Source: Octopus sinensis (lineage: Eukaryota). Taken from it: a stretch of 30,982 bases of DNA. This document shows, one piece after another, positions 20,161 to 30,982 of the stretch; the first letter of the stretch is position 1, and every line of letters starts with the position of its first letter. The notes under the pieces were generated by a model. The model worked only from the letters and a program-made list of their open reading frames with translations, did no database searches and was not told where the DNA came from. The DNA lies in contig NW_021824503.1 in the NCBI RefSeq assembly GCF_006345805.1, forward strand, positions 1 through 30,982. The letters are read 5' to 3'. A program made the translations under genes and the position numbers.

Positions 20161-20383
20161 AAATATACTGTACATTTAAACACGTAAGAGGTATCCATCT
20201 TATTAGGGATAAATTTCGAAGAGAATGAAAAATAAAAACATTTACCATCTATTTTTATTTTTCATTTTTCATTCCGTTAGAATTTTAAACCCTAATAGTG
20301 GTTTGAATCTTGGCTATTCCTTCTAGCCTGCCAGGTATCCTATGATGGATACCTCTTGTGTGTTTAAATGTACAATGTATTTA
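20160..20383. repeat. Fold-back element with 31-40-bp outer arms and nested inner inverted repeats, between (TA)n tracts
   Basis: 20169-20199 vs 20344-20374 are 29/31 reverse-complementary; inner pairs TATTAGGG/CCCTAATA and ATGAAAAATAAAAA/TTTTTATTTTTCAT. Confidence 0.85.
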
Positions 20384-20489
20384 TATGAATAATATATAGT
20401 CTATTGACTAATTTTTCTATAGGCTAGGCCCACTGGTAGTAAAAATTCCATTTATCTTTCTTACCCTGATATTACTACTTCATAATATA

Positions 20490-20578
20490 TATATATATTA
20501 TATTATATAGATGTTATAATATAGATATTATTATTATCATTATTATATATATATATATATATATATTATAATATTGAT

Positions 20579-20617
<39 letters not shown>

Positions 20618-20943
20618 TAAAAATAATATATATTGCCTATATACATACGTAAATGTATAGACAATGTATGTATATATGTATATATAGTATTATTTATATT
20701 TGTATAGTATTGAACACCAAGTATGTTATATCATATTATATATATTATTATATATGTATGTATATATAATACAGATATATATATATATATATCTTATTAT
20801 ATATATATTACATATATATATAATCATAGATATGTAAATATATAGAAATATATATACCTATATACATGTATATATATACATATATACATATGTATATATA
20901 GATATAGATAGATAGATTAATATACATACATATACATATAACA

Positions 20944-20974
<31 letters not shown>

Positions 20975-21589
20975 ATATATACATATTTAAATATATATAT
21001 ATGCATATATACACCCGTTCATTGCATTGAATACACAGGCACATGCACACAAAAGTACTAACACGATAAAACTATAAAATATAAGCATGGTGAAAGCGTT
21101 CCCTGTACCCCAATTATGTGTGTGTTTGTGTGTGTACGTGTATGTATGCATTGGGTGTGTTTTATGTGTTTATGTCAATGTCGTGTGCTTGCAATGTGTA
21201 TACGCGTTACGAATCTGTGCGCGTATGCATGTATGCATGTGTGTGTGTGTGTGTGTGTGTGTACCTGTGGTGTGAGTCACTGTGTGTGTGTGTACATCAG
21301 TGTGAGCGTCCGCATATTTACACGTTGTGGGTTGTTTCAATAGTAATAATTCTGCTTAAATGATTGGTTACCTGCAACTCGTAAAACAAATAATAGAAGC
21401 GATGGCAGTAACTGTGGTGTTAGTCATGTGGGTGGTGGTGGTGGTGGTGGCGGTGGTTGTGGGGTGGGTGGGGTATGTGTAGTTAGAATCATAAATAAAA
21501 ACAAACTCATCTCATTCATGAATGAACACGCGCCCACCTATCCCTCCTCTCCCCCTGATCTCGCTCTCACTTCCTCAATCTATAAGAGA

Positions 21590-21621
<32 letters not shown>

Positions 21622-21951
21622 GCAGACATATGTTAACACACACATCCATGCAAATATATATATATTTATATATGTATGTATATATACAATCACACATATG
21701 TAGGTATACTCATATCTATATTATATATAGATATACACAAATTTATATTCATATGTGTATGTATTGTATGCTATATATGTATACACATGCATACATATTT
21801 ACATGCATGTACATATATACATGCATATATATATATATATATATATTATATATACATGCATTATATATATATACATGCATAATATATATAATATACATGC
21901 ATATATATATATATATACATGCAGATATATATTATAATATAATATCATACA

Positions 21952-21987
<36 letters not shown>

Positions 21988-22715
21988 ACATATATATAGT
22001 ATATATATATATATATATATATATTGGTGTATATATATATCATAATATATGATTATGTGTAAGTTTATAATATATATATATATACATATATATTATATAT
22101 ATATTTATATGCATGTAAGTATATATTATATGTATGTGTATATATTAGGAATACTCATGCACGCACATACACAGACATGCATGTGTCTGTGTATGGGTGT
22201 GTGTGTGTGTGTATGTATGTGTGTATGCATGTATTTATGTATGTATGTGTGTGTGTATGTATGTATGTTTTGTTTTGTTTCAAATCATTTCTGAATAGCG
22301 TTCATTCGGTGACAAACTATTTAAATAGTATTTTTGTTCCGGAAAATTACTACAGCTCTGTTTCACATTAAAACTTTTCTACAATTTCTTCTACTGCCGC
22401 ATTGTTTTGTTTTTGTTTTGTTGTTGTTGTTTTGTTTATTTAGTTGTTTGTTTGTGTGTTTTTTTCTTGTGTTTGTTTGTTTTTGTGTGGGAGTGGAAAC
22501 CGTAGGGGAGGTGGGTGTAGTTGTTTTGTTTTATGTTGAGTAGGAGGGGTAGTTGCACAGTAAAAATAACAGTTACGAAAAATAATAACAAACACAATTT
22601 TCACACACCGACACAGAGAGATACACATACTGTCACGTGTGTGTGTGTATGTATGTGTGTGTGTGTATGTGTTTATAGTGTAAATACTTAAATATAAATA
22701 TATACATATAAACAA

Positions 22716-22753
<38 letters not shown>

Positions 22754-22834
22754 TACATTCGTACATACACAGATGTGAGTGTTTGTGCTAATATGCAAAT
22801 AGGAGTGTACTGCATATATATATATATATATGTG

Positions 22835-22878
<44 letters not shown>

Positions 22879-23250
22879 TGTGTGTGTTTGTGTGTGTGTC
22901 TGTGTGTATGCATATTTAAACACACACACACATGCATACAGACATAAACACATAAGCATGTTTATGATTATGTCTATGGTTTTATGAATGTATGTGTATA
23001 CACGAATATCAAAATGTGTATGGACATATATAATAAAACAAACTATATATTATATAGTATATTATAATATATGTACAATATAATATATACGATAGAATAT
23101 ATTCTTATTTAAATATTTACGTCTATAATATACATTTATACATATACATTTATACATATACATACATACATATATATATATATATTATATATATATATAT
23201 ACATACATGCATAATATATATATATATATCTACACACGTATAAACATATT

Positions 23251-23290
<40 letters not shown>

Positions 23291-23420
23291 CTTATTTAAT
23301 ATTGTGTATATGTGTATAGATATATACATAAAAGGCATATATATATGCGTACACACACACACATACGCACACACAAACACACATAGTCTCGTGAACTTGA
23401 TATATATATACATGCATGCA
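20490..23420. repeat. Mosaic of (TA)n, (GATA)n, (GT)n, (CA)n and (GGT)n microsatellites with short unique islands
   Basis: Seen directly; unique islands at ~21330-21590 and ~22270-22620. Confidence 0.85.
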
Positions 23421-24278
23421 TATACAGCTAACATACATACATGCATACATATATACATACATACATACATACATGCATGCATACATACATACATGCATAC
23501 ATACATACATACATACATACATGCATACATACATGCATACTTACATACATACATACATAAATACATACATACATACATACATACATACATGCATACATAC
23601 ATACATACATGCATACATACATGCATGCATACATACATGCATGCATACATACATACATACATACATACATACATACATACATGCATACATACAAACATGC
23701 ATACATACATACATGCATACATACATACATAATACAAACATGCATACATACATACATACATACATACATGCATACATACATGCATACATACATACATGCA
23801 TACATACATGCATACATACATACATGCATACATACATACATGCATACATACATGCATACATACATACATAAATACCATACATACATGCATACATACATAC
23901 ATGCATACATACATGCATACATACATACATAAATACATACATACATACATACATACATACATACATACATACATGCATACATGCATACATACATACATAC
24001 ATACATGCATACATACATACATGCATACATACATACATACATAAATACATACATACATACATGCATACATACATACATGCATACATACATGCATACATAC
24101 ATACATACATAAATACATACATACATACATACATACATACATACATACATACATACATACATACATACATGCATACATGCATACATACATACATACATGC
24201 ATACATACATGCATACATACATTCATGCATACATACATGCATACATACATACATGCATACATACATGCATACATACAT
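23420..24278. repeat. ~860-bp (CATA)n/(CATG) tetranucleotide array
   Basis: Seen directly; source of the MYVC/HTYI pseudo-ORFs. Confidence 0.97.
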
Positions 24279-24599
24279 GGCGTGGTTGAATGTAATGTCA
24301 TGTGTGTGCGTCTGGGTGTTCATGTTCTTGAGACACAGAGACGGGGATAAGAAGAATGACACAAAGAGAGGAAAAGAGAAAGAGGAGAGAAAGAGAGAAC
24401 GAGTAGAGAGAGAGAAAGAGATACAGACAGACTAACAGACAGGCAAACAGAGACAGACGTAGTCTTGGAGTACAAACCGAGACAAAGACATGACCAAAAG
24501 ACAAACTAATTTACTGTAAGTGTGTCTGTTTAAACCATTACAAGATACTCTGGCGACATAGGGATGAGCATGTAAATTGAGGTACTTAACTGTGTGCCT

Positions 24600-24631
24600 T
24601 GTACGTATATATATATACATATATATATTAC

Positions 24632-24674
<43 letters not shown>

Positions 24675-25000
24675 CATATATGTATATATATACATATATT
24701 ATAATATATATATATATACATATACATTATATACATATACATATATGATATATTACATATACATTATTACATATACATATAATATACATATATATATATA
24801 TACATATATATATATGTACATATATATATATATATACATTATGTATATATACATATATATATATATACATATATGTAATATACATATAATATATTTATAT
24901 ATTTATACATATATATATATCATATGTTAATAAAATGGTGACGGCCTTGGTACCTCAGAGACGGCGTGTTTGGCCACTCACCAGGAAGGAGAAGACGGAT

Positions 25001-25052
<52 letters not shown>

Positions 25053-25058
25053 CTCATA

Positions 25059-25092
<34 letters not shown>

Positions 25093-25156
25093 CATATATA
25101 TATACATTATATATACATATATATAAATACATTATATATATGGTGTGTGTGTGCAT

Positions 25157-25195
<39 letters not shown>

Positions 25196-25205
25196 TATGT
25201 ATATG
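24600..25205. repeat. (TA)n arrays with a ~70-bp unique insert at ~24927-24998
   Basis: Seen directly. Confidence 0.9.
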
Positions 25206-25539
25206 TCTGTTTGTTAGATAAATGGGGTGAATGAAAGTGGTGGTTTACCCTCGCTGCAACAACAACATCTACGTTGAGAATTACATTGTGTCAACGAGGG
25301 AGTCTGACTATCTGACTATGAAGCAGACGTTGTTCCGTAACACCTACGAGAAATATTTAAGAAAAAGGCTCTGAAATGGCGCTCCTTGTCTCTCTGATGA
25401 ACGTAAAAGAGATTATTTGATCATACGGTTCTAGATGCGCTGTAACTAGATGATTTAATCACGGTTCAAATAACACCGATGACAGGCCTATTCCTTCGGG
25501 GGTTGACTTTGGGCCAACATTGTCAAAAGAGAGCTATCG

Positions 25540-25742
25540 GACACACCGGACGAAATGCTTAGTGATTGATATTTCTTCTCACTTAATGTTTTGAATTCAA
25601 ATTCCGCCGATGTTGACCTTGCTTTTCATCCTTTCGAGGCTCGATGAAATGAATACCAGTTAAACGCTGGTGTTGATTTTGTCGGCTGGCCCCTCCCCTC
25701 AAAAGGTCAGGTTTTGTGCCTATAGCAGTAAAGATTATTAGA
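25540..25742 (+). mobile_element. Diverged main-family SINE
   Basis: cacaccggacgaaatgcttag...gaattcaaattccgccgatgttgaccttgcttttcatcctttcgagg...gtgcctatagcagtaaag. Confidence 0.75.
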
Positions 25743-25749
25743 AATAGTT

Positions 25750-25962
25750 TCTAATATAGGCACAAGGAAAGCGATTTTGAGGGTAGAGATAAATCGTTTC
25801 TAATGACCTCAGTAATTGATCGATATTTTATTTTATTTTACAGATATGAAAGGATGAATGGCAATTTTGAACTCGGCATTTTGAACTCAGAATGTAAGAA
25901 GTCGGGATAGCGGAAGCCATTTTTGTTTTCGACGCTCAAACGATTCTGCCAAACCACTGGTC
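25750..25962 (-). mobile_element. Diverged main-family SINE, tail-to-tail with the previous copy
   Basis: Plus strand tttctaatataggcacaagg...gaaaggatgaatggc...ttgaactcagaatgtaag...aacgattctgcc. Confidence 0.7.
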
Positions 25963-25984
25963 ATATAATAAATATAATGATAAA

Positions 25985-26170
25985 TTCTAATTTAGGGAGA
26001 AAGTTAATAGTTTTCTGAAGTGTCTAACCGATACTATCGAATCCTTTTCTATATTTTATCGAACCCAGATAAATGAGAGGCAAAGTTGGCTTCGGCGGTA
26101 TTTGAACTCAGAAAGGATAGAACCGAAATATATTCCAGAAAGCATTTTTGGTATCTGTTCCAGCATTTTC
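25985..26170 (-). mobile_element. Degenerate main-family SINE
   Basis: Plus strand tttatcgaaccc...ggcaaagttggcttcggcggtatttgaactcagaa. Confidence 0.6.
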
Positions 26171-26399
26171 TCCGAACCTCCAAAGAGTTTGTCAACGTTT
26201 AATTTCTGTAGAGAGATATAATCCATTAGTTAGCGTATTTGACTGCTGCTTTATCTAATCGAAAGAGAAGGGTATATTCGTATGACATGTCTCTCTATTT
26301 GTGTTCTTTTCTTTTTTACTGATATTCAACCCTATTTCAAGCCAGACTGACCATCGTGGTTTTAGCATATGTAATTCTACCAAGCGTTCTTTCACTGCA

Positions 26400-26960
26400 T
26401 CTACAAGTTGGACAGCACTATAACCGGTGCGTTAACTTATTCTTTCTATAACGAAGTATATGAATGGCGATGAACTGCAAATCCTCCGGACTGTCCATGA
26501 GGTTTGTCTACGTACTATCTTTGAATTGGCCGAGATTATGAACCATTTTACCAAGCGACGTACCTCATAGTGCTACAGGGGCGGCGTACATTGCTTGTTC
26601 TTGATAAATTCTACAGATATAAACCATAGCAGTATCACCAGTGACTCGATCTGTCCGAGATGCATGCAAGGGCGACAAGACCGTTCCACATGTGCTCACT
26701 AAGTGCCTGTGCATTCCTCATAGAGTTCTAATGAGCAATTATTATCATGTGTAGGAAAGATCAATTACCATGGAGTCCGTTTAAATTGTTTTTTTCCACC
26801 GACAATGAAGAACAAGTAGTCCTCCTCGTGGATGTGGTGGAAGAAGTCGGAAACAGCTGAAAGATTTGTGAATATTTTTTTCCTCAGACCAAGCTCTCAT
26901 CTGCTTTTTCAAGTAACACCTGGCGAGAAAGATAAGGATAGAGATGGAGGAAATTCTCTA
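26400..26960 (+). mobile_element. Degenerate L1/Tx1-like LINE ORF2 C-terminal fragment
   Basis: With frameshifts, 26571-26706 reads CYRG..LVLDKFYRY...ICPRC...GDKTVPHVLTKC, resembling the W/C..GxLPxxDxL and CxxC-x-ETxxHxxxxC zinc-knuckle region of L1-clade ORF2. Boundaries are approximate. Confidence 0.5.
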
Positions 26961-27204
26961 TCATGAAATTTGTGAAAGGTGGATGAGAGCAGCAAGATGG
27001 GCGCGGATAAATACACCTATTCTATTTAATCAAGTGAATATAGACCGGCACGCAAGAAATGTCGTCGGTAGTTCGAGCCAAAGTAGTTCGATCCTTTGTA
27101 TGAAGAGCTTCAAATTACCATTTGTAATTGTTTCCTTCATTTGGTGGACATTTTATAATTAGCAAAATATTGTTTTGGTACTTGCTGTTATTTCTAAACC
27201 TAGT

Positions 27205-27320
27205 AGCACTCAAGTTCGCAAACTTGTGATTTCAATTCCCGGACCAGGTAGTGCGTTGTATTACTGAGCAAACCACTTCATTTCAAACTGTTCCAGCCTA
27301 CTCAGCTATAGACGAGCTCC
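27205..27320 (+). mobile_element. Degenerate fragment of the CORE-like SINE family
   Basis: ttcccggaccagg...gttgtattactgagcaaaccacttcatttc resembles 17925-17980. Confidence 0.55.
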
Positions 27321-27349
27321 AGCAACATTTAAGAAATTAACCCTGTGTT

Positions 27350-28000
27350 GGACCGTCATCATCACAATCATTTATGCGACATGGGAACCGTGCTAAGCTC
27401 CGGTCCTTTGAGTACTAAAGCTCATGGTAGTTCTGAGTCTAAGCCTATTATTTCTTTATATCTTTTCTTAGTTCCAACACGCATCTCACAGAAGATCTGC
27501 TATACATCAGCAGCTATATTCCCTTGGTCTTAGAGCTTTTTGAATCTTTCAATATCAGACTTTCTCGTACAGTAGATCCAGTCACGGCTGATCGAGTCCC
27601 ATCGAGGCCTCTCAACCGCAACAAGTTACGAGTCTGCTCTCTTTAACCAAAAACCTTACATAGCTTTCTTTGCGGTTTCAATGAAGGAAGTCCATCAATG
27701 ACTCCAAGCCCAATCAGATCTTTGTAGAGTGATCACTCCATAAAAACCCCAGCATCTTGCTTCAGTCAGTTTACAGTGTACCCACCAGACATTTCTTCCG
27801 CTCTGATAAAACAGTCTCTAACATATATCTTCCACTTCATGTTTTTCCCAAAGCAGCCTCAGTTACATCATAAATCTACTTGATGGAATCTGAGAATATG
27901 GTAATGTCCGGACGGAGTGTCACTGATATTATGGAGTCCTGTTTAGCCTTTTGGTTATCATTTATCTGTATTAAAATACTTTATTTTCCCACCTTTACTT
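27350..28000 (-). mobile_element. Possible degenerate LINE (APE endonuclease region) fragment
   Basis: The minus-strand stretch SISRDWIYCTRKSDIERFKKALRPREYS weakly resembles the S-x-I-D-x-I-Y...S-D-H end of L1/Tx1 endonucleases; many stops. Confidence 0.3.
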
Positions 28001-28089
28001 GATTCAAGCCACCCAAACGCTGATGTTTTTATCTTTTGCAATTTGTACTTGTGTTTCTAGCTTCTCGAACCCCTTGCGATCAATCAAAC

Positions 28090-28124
28090 AATTACTACTA
28101 ATACTACTACTAGTGCTGCTGCTA

Positions 28125-28182
<58 letters not shown>

Positions 28183-28270
28183 ATACTACTACTAGTACTA
28201 TTACTAATACTACTGCTGCTGCTTTGCTGCTATACTACTATTACTACTACTACTAATACTACTATTACTA

Positions 28271-28302
<32 letters not shown>

Positions 28303-28375
28303 ATACTACTACTAGTACTATTACTAATACTACTGCTGCTGTTTTGCTGCTATACTACTACTACTACTACTATTA
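28090..28375. repeat. (TAC)n/(TGC)n compound microsatellite with a 120-nt higher-order duplication
   Basis: GCTGCTGCTGCTGCTATACTACTACTAGTACTATTACTAATACTACTGCTGCTG repeats at ~28167 and ~28287. Confidence 0.9.
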
Positions 28376-28490
28376 CATGTTTGGCTTTTGCTTTTTATTT
28401 GTACAAGTTAGTTAGAAGTTCAAGTTGGTATTATGACTAGGGTGCCATACCTTTTGGTCTTGCACAAAGTATTGTTCTAGAAAACGTCTA

Positions 28491-28525
<35 letters not shown>

Positions 28526-28527
<2 letters not shown>

Positions 28528-28725
28528 GGTAGCAAACTGGCAGAATGCTTAGCACGTCGGACAAAATGCTTTGCCGCATCTCTTCCGGCTCTTTACGTTC
28601 TGAGTTAAAATACCACCAAAGTCAACTTTGTCCTTCATCCTTTCGGGGACGACAGTATCGGTGCTCGATATAGTCGGCTTTCCCTATCTCAGAAATTACT
28701 GGCCTAGTGCCATGATTAGAATTAT
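28526..28725 (+). mobile_element. Main-family SINE preceded by (ATT)n
   Basis: aaggtagcaaactggcagaatgcttagcacgtcggacaaaatgc...gagttaaaatacc...ttcatcctttcgggg. Confidence 0.75.
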
Positions 28726-29359
28726 ATGCTTGCTTAACAGAGCAGAAGCCAAGGTTAGTGAGAACACTACAAATTTATTCAAGATGGTTACTTGGCGTTT
28801 AGCTGGGGGAGCGGGGTCACTCTGCAAATATGTATCTGAGCATGGAGTCACTGATATAAACACAATAGTGGCATGAAGACAGAGTATCCTGCTCCGCCGC
28901 GAAGAGTAGCTTATTGGTGTTTCGTTTTTGTTTTGCTTTTAGCCTTGATCGAATAGACCAGTTATTTCAGCCATGACCAGCCTGTTTGCTTTCTACGCAG
29001 AGAATAAAATAATACATTTTCCAACGTGTTCTTTTTTGTTTTTGTTGTTTACGATGGTAGGATTAGATTTAGCTTGTACATGTAACCAGATTGCGTAAAA
29101 AAGAAGAAACTCCCAAGCTTGTAGATTCCTTCAGCCATCGGTATCGATATGTTGGTTGATGTTTACAGTCATTTTGTTTGGCATATAAGCTTATTAGAGT
29201 CTCGTCGTTTTTTGGATTCCATTAAATTAATCCATTGTCACAGCGCTCTTTGAGCCTCAGTTGTCACTGTCAACGCACAACCATCAACCAGCTGTTGAGT
29301 TACACCAAAATTCTTTAGTAAAAAAAACACGGCAACATCCGTTGTCAGAAAGAATCAAA

Positions 29360-29601
29360 AGTCCTTCACCCAAGGCAGAGTCTCATCAGGTCGGTTTCTC
29401 GAATTCGACGGCGTATGCATTTCCTTCCAGTCCCTGAACGGGGCGTCGGTCCTTCGCAAGATTACTCCTTTTCTAGGTAAGTGTAGCAGCGTGAAATGAA
29501 GTGTCTTGCTCAAGAAGATAAAACATCTCTCAGTCCCGGAATCGAACCCACAATCTTACGGTCATGAATGCAATACTCTTAACCCCTAAGCTACTCACTT
29601 C
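29360..29601 (-). mobile_element. CORE-like tRNA-headed SINE (same family as 17868-18116)
   Basis: Minus strand tagcttaggggttaag...catgaccgtaagattgtgggttcgattccggg...cttgagcaagacacttcatttcacg. Confidence 0.75.
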
Positions 29602-29619
29602 GACATTAATAACAATAAT

Positions 29620-29839
29620 AATAATCGTTTCTACAATAAACAAAAGGCCTGAAGTTTTGAGGAGAGGATGCAATCAATTACATTGACCCCCCGGTGCCCA
29701 ACTGGTACTTATTTCCTCAACCATGAAAGAAGGGAATGTAAAGTCGACCTCGGTGGAATTTGAACCCAGAACGCAAAGCTGGGAGAAATGCTACTAAGTA
29801 TTTTGTCCGGCGCGGTAACGACTCTGCCACCAGACTGCC

Positions 29840-29841
<2 letters not shown>
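29620..29841 (-). mobile_element. Main-family SINE flanked by (ATT)n on both sides
   Basis: aaggcagtctggtggcagagtcgttacc...gggttcaaattccaccgaggtcgacttt...aagtaccagttgg. Confidence 0.8.
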
Positions 29842-29895
<54 letters not shown>

Positions 29896-30015
29896 GATGC
29901 GGTTTCAAAATTTTGGTGTAATATGGAAGCCCAAAGCGTATTTCGCATCAATTGTCTCATTCATTGGACTGCGTCCATGGGAAGCAGGTGGAATATAGTT
30001 TAAGTCGATTATATT

Positions 30016-30436
30016 CTTTTCTACTCTAGGCACAAGGCCCGAAATTTTGGGGTGGGGCCAGTCGATGAGATCGACTCCAGTACGCAACTGGTACTTAATT
30101 TATCGGCCCCGAAAGGATGGAAAGCAAAGTCGACCTCGGCGTAATTTGAACTCAGAACGTAAAGACAGACGAAATACTGCTAAGCATTTCGCCCGGTGTG
30201 CTAACGTTTCTTATTTCTTTACTGCCCACAAGGAGCTACACAGAGAGGGGGACAAACAAGGACAGACAAACGGGTTAAGTCGATTATATCGACCCCAATG
30301 CGAAACTGGTATTTATTTAATTGACCCCGAAAGGATGAAAGGCAAAGTCGAATTTGAACTCAGAATGTAAAGACAGGCGAAATACTGCTAAGCATTTCGC
30401 CCGGTGTGCTAACGTTTCTGCCAGCTCGACGCCTTG
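30016..30436 (-). mobile_element. Full-length dimeric SINE (monomer 1 + tail A fused to monomer 2 + tail B)
   Basis: Two head/core copies in tandem; junction gtaaagaaata|agaaacgttagca; 15-bp TSD-like repeat TAAGTCGA(TT/AC)ATATT at 30001-30015 and 30437-30451. Confidence 0.88.
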
Positions 30437-30629
30437 TAAGTCGAACATATTAACTCCTGTATATTTTTGTCAGTCTGCTGCTTATCGAATGGTCGGCACT
30501 GAAATTTATCGAACTTAAACTTGCTTCGTTTTTACAATCGGCGTCAACGTGTAAACGAAGACGGACACGCACTCACGCACATATGTACAAACTAAATATA
30601 TATATATGTAAAGAGAGAGGAAGACAGGG

Positions 30630-30960
30630 AGTAACAGATGTAGTATTGCCGAATAGTTAAGGAGTTCGCCTCCCAGCTACAAGATCAAAAGATCGATACC
30701 ATAGCGTGGTACCTTAAACATATGATTTTTACTATAATCGAATCGACCAATATAGCATGCCAACGTAGTCTAGTGGAGCTAGTTTGGATGCAGGTCAAAG
30801 GTCAAAACTTGTCACACTCAGTATGAAGTTTATGCGGCCTCGGAAATGTATTAAGAGTACTGGGGTCTGTGGAATGCTCAAACTTTCGATAATTCAATGA
30901 ACCTGCTAACATGATTCATCAAAGAACTCACAGTAAAGCAAGCTCGAAAATTCTGAAATT
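30630..30960 (+). mobile_element. Possible highly degenerate SINE of a further family
   Basis: Vestigial A-box-like ttgccgaatagttaagg and gcgtggtacctt...tactata; weak. Confidence 0.3.
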
Positions 30961-30982
30961 ATTTGTATGTGTGTGTGTGTGT

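Noticed and set aside
23150-24435. 383-aa, 273-aa and 264-aa ORFs
   Set aside because: They lie entirely within the tetranucleotide array and are open in several frames at once.
254-25221. Dozens of ORFs rich in YI, CV, HT or MYVC
   Set aside because: They are translations of (TA)n, (GT)n, (CA)n and (CATA)n arrays, which lack stops in some frames; there is no protein-like complexity.
25394-25400. CTGATGA
   Set aside because: No downstream stem II-GAAA arrangement.
29375-29400. Minus-strand GAAAC...CTGATGAG inside a SINE
   Set aside because: Only 5 nt separate the two motifs, incompatible with type II/III topology; it is a diverged SINE body.
28628-30370. ORFs 28628..28876, 30047..30370 and similar SINE-overlapping ORFs (2060..2332, 4813..5025)
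   Set aside because: They coincide with SINE copies; similar peptides recur only because the repeat recurs.

Overview
AT-rich eukaryotic genomic window saturated with microsatellites and SINEs. The repeat families and composition fit a coleoid cephalopod, probably Octopus (inference, not database-verified). One clearly recognisable gene is present: FoxC on the minus strand (17141->15096, ~681 aa). It is broken in this sequence by two compensating 1-nt frameshifts inside its poly-Gln and poly-Ala codon runs, most likely consensus errors, because the middle frame carries the conserved eh1 motif. The rest is (TA)n/(CA)n/(CATA)n/(AAT)n arrays, about 20 copies of one tRNA-type SINE superfamily (including a dimer that moved as a unit), other tRNA-headed SINEs, mariner- and hAT-type MITE pieces and L1/Tx1-like LINE relics. 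The most interesting unexplained signal is a set of short non-coding inserts with minimal hammerhead-ribozyme motifs. One is fully intact (12645-12737, +), one sits in the 3' part of a tRNA-headed SINE (10989-11034, -, one core mutation) and one has its core inverted at a fold-back junction (7723-7774). Three fold-back elements embedded in (TA)n share one architecture. A possible compact multi-exon micro-gene (8031-8986, +) is a weaker lead. All coordinates were read by eye; SINE boundaries are approximate to about 10-20 nt.
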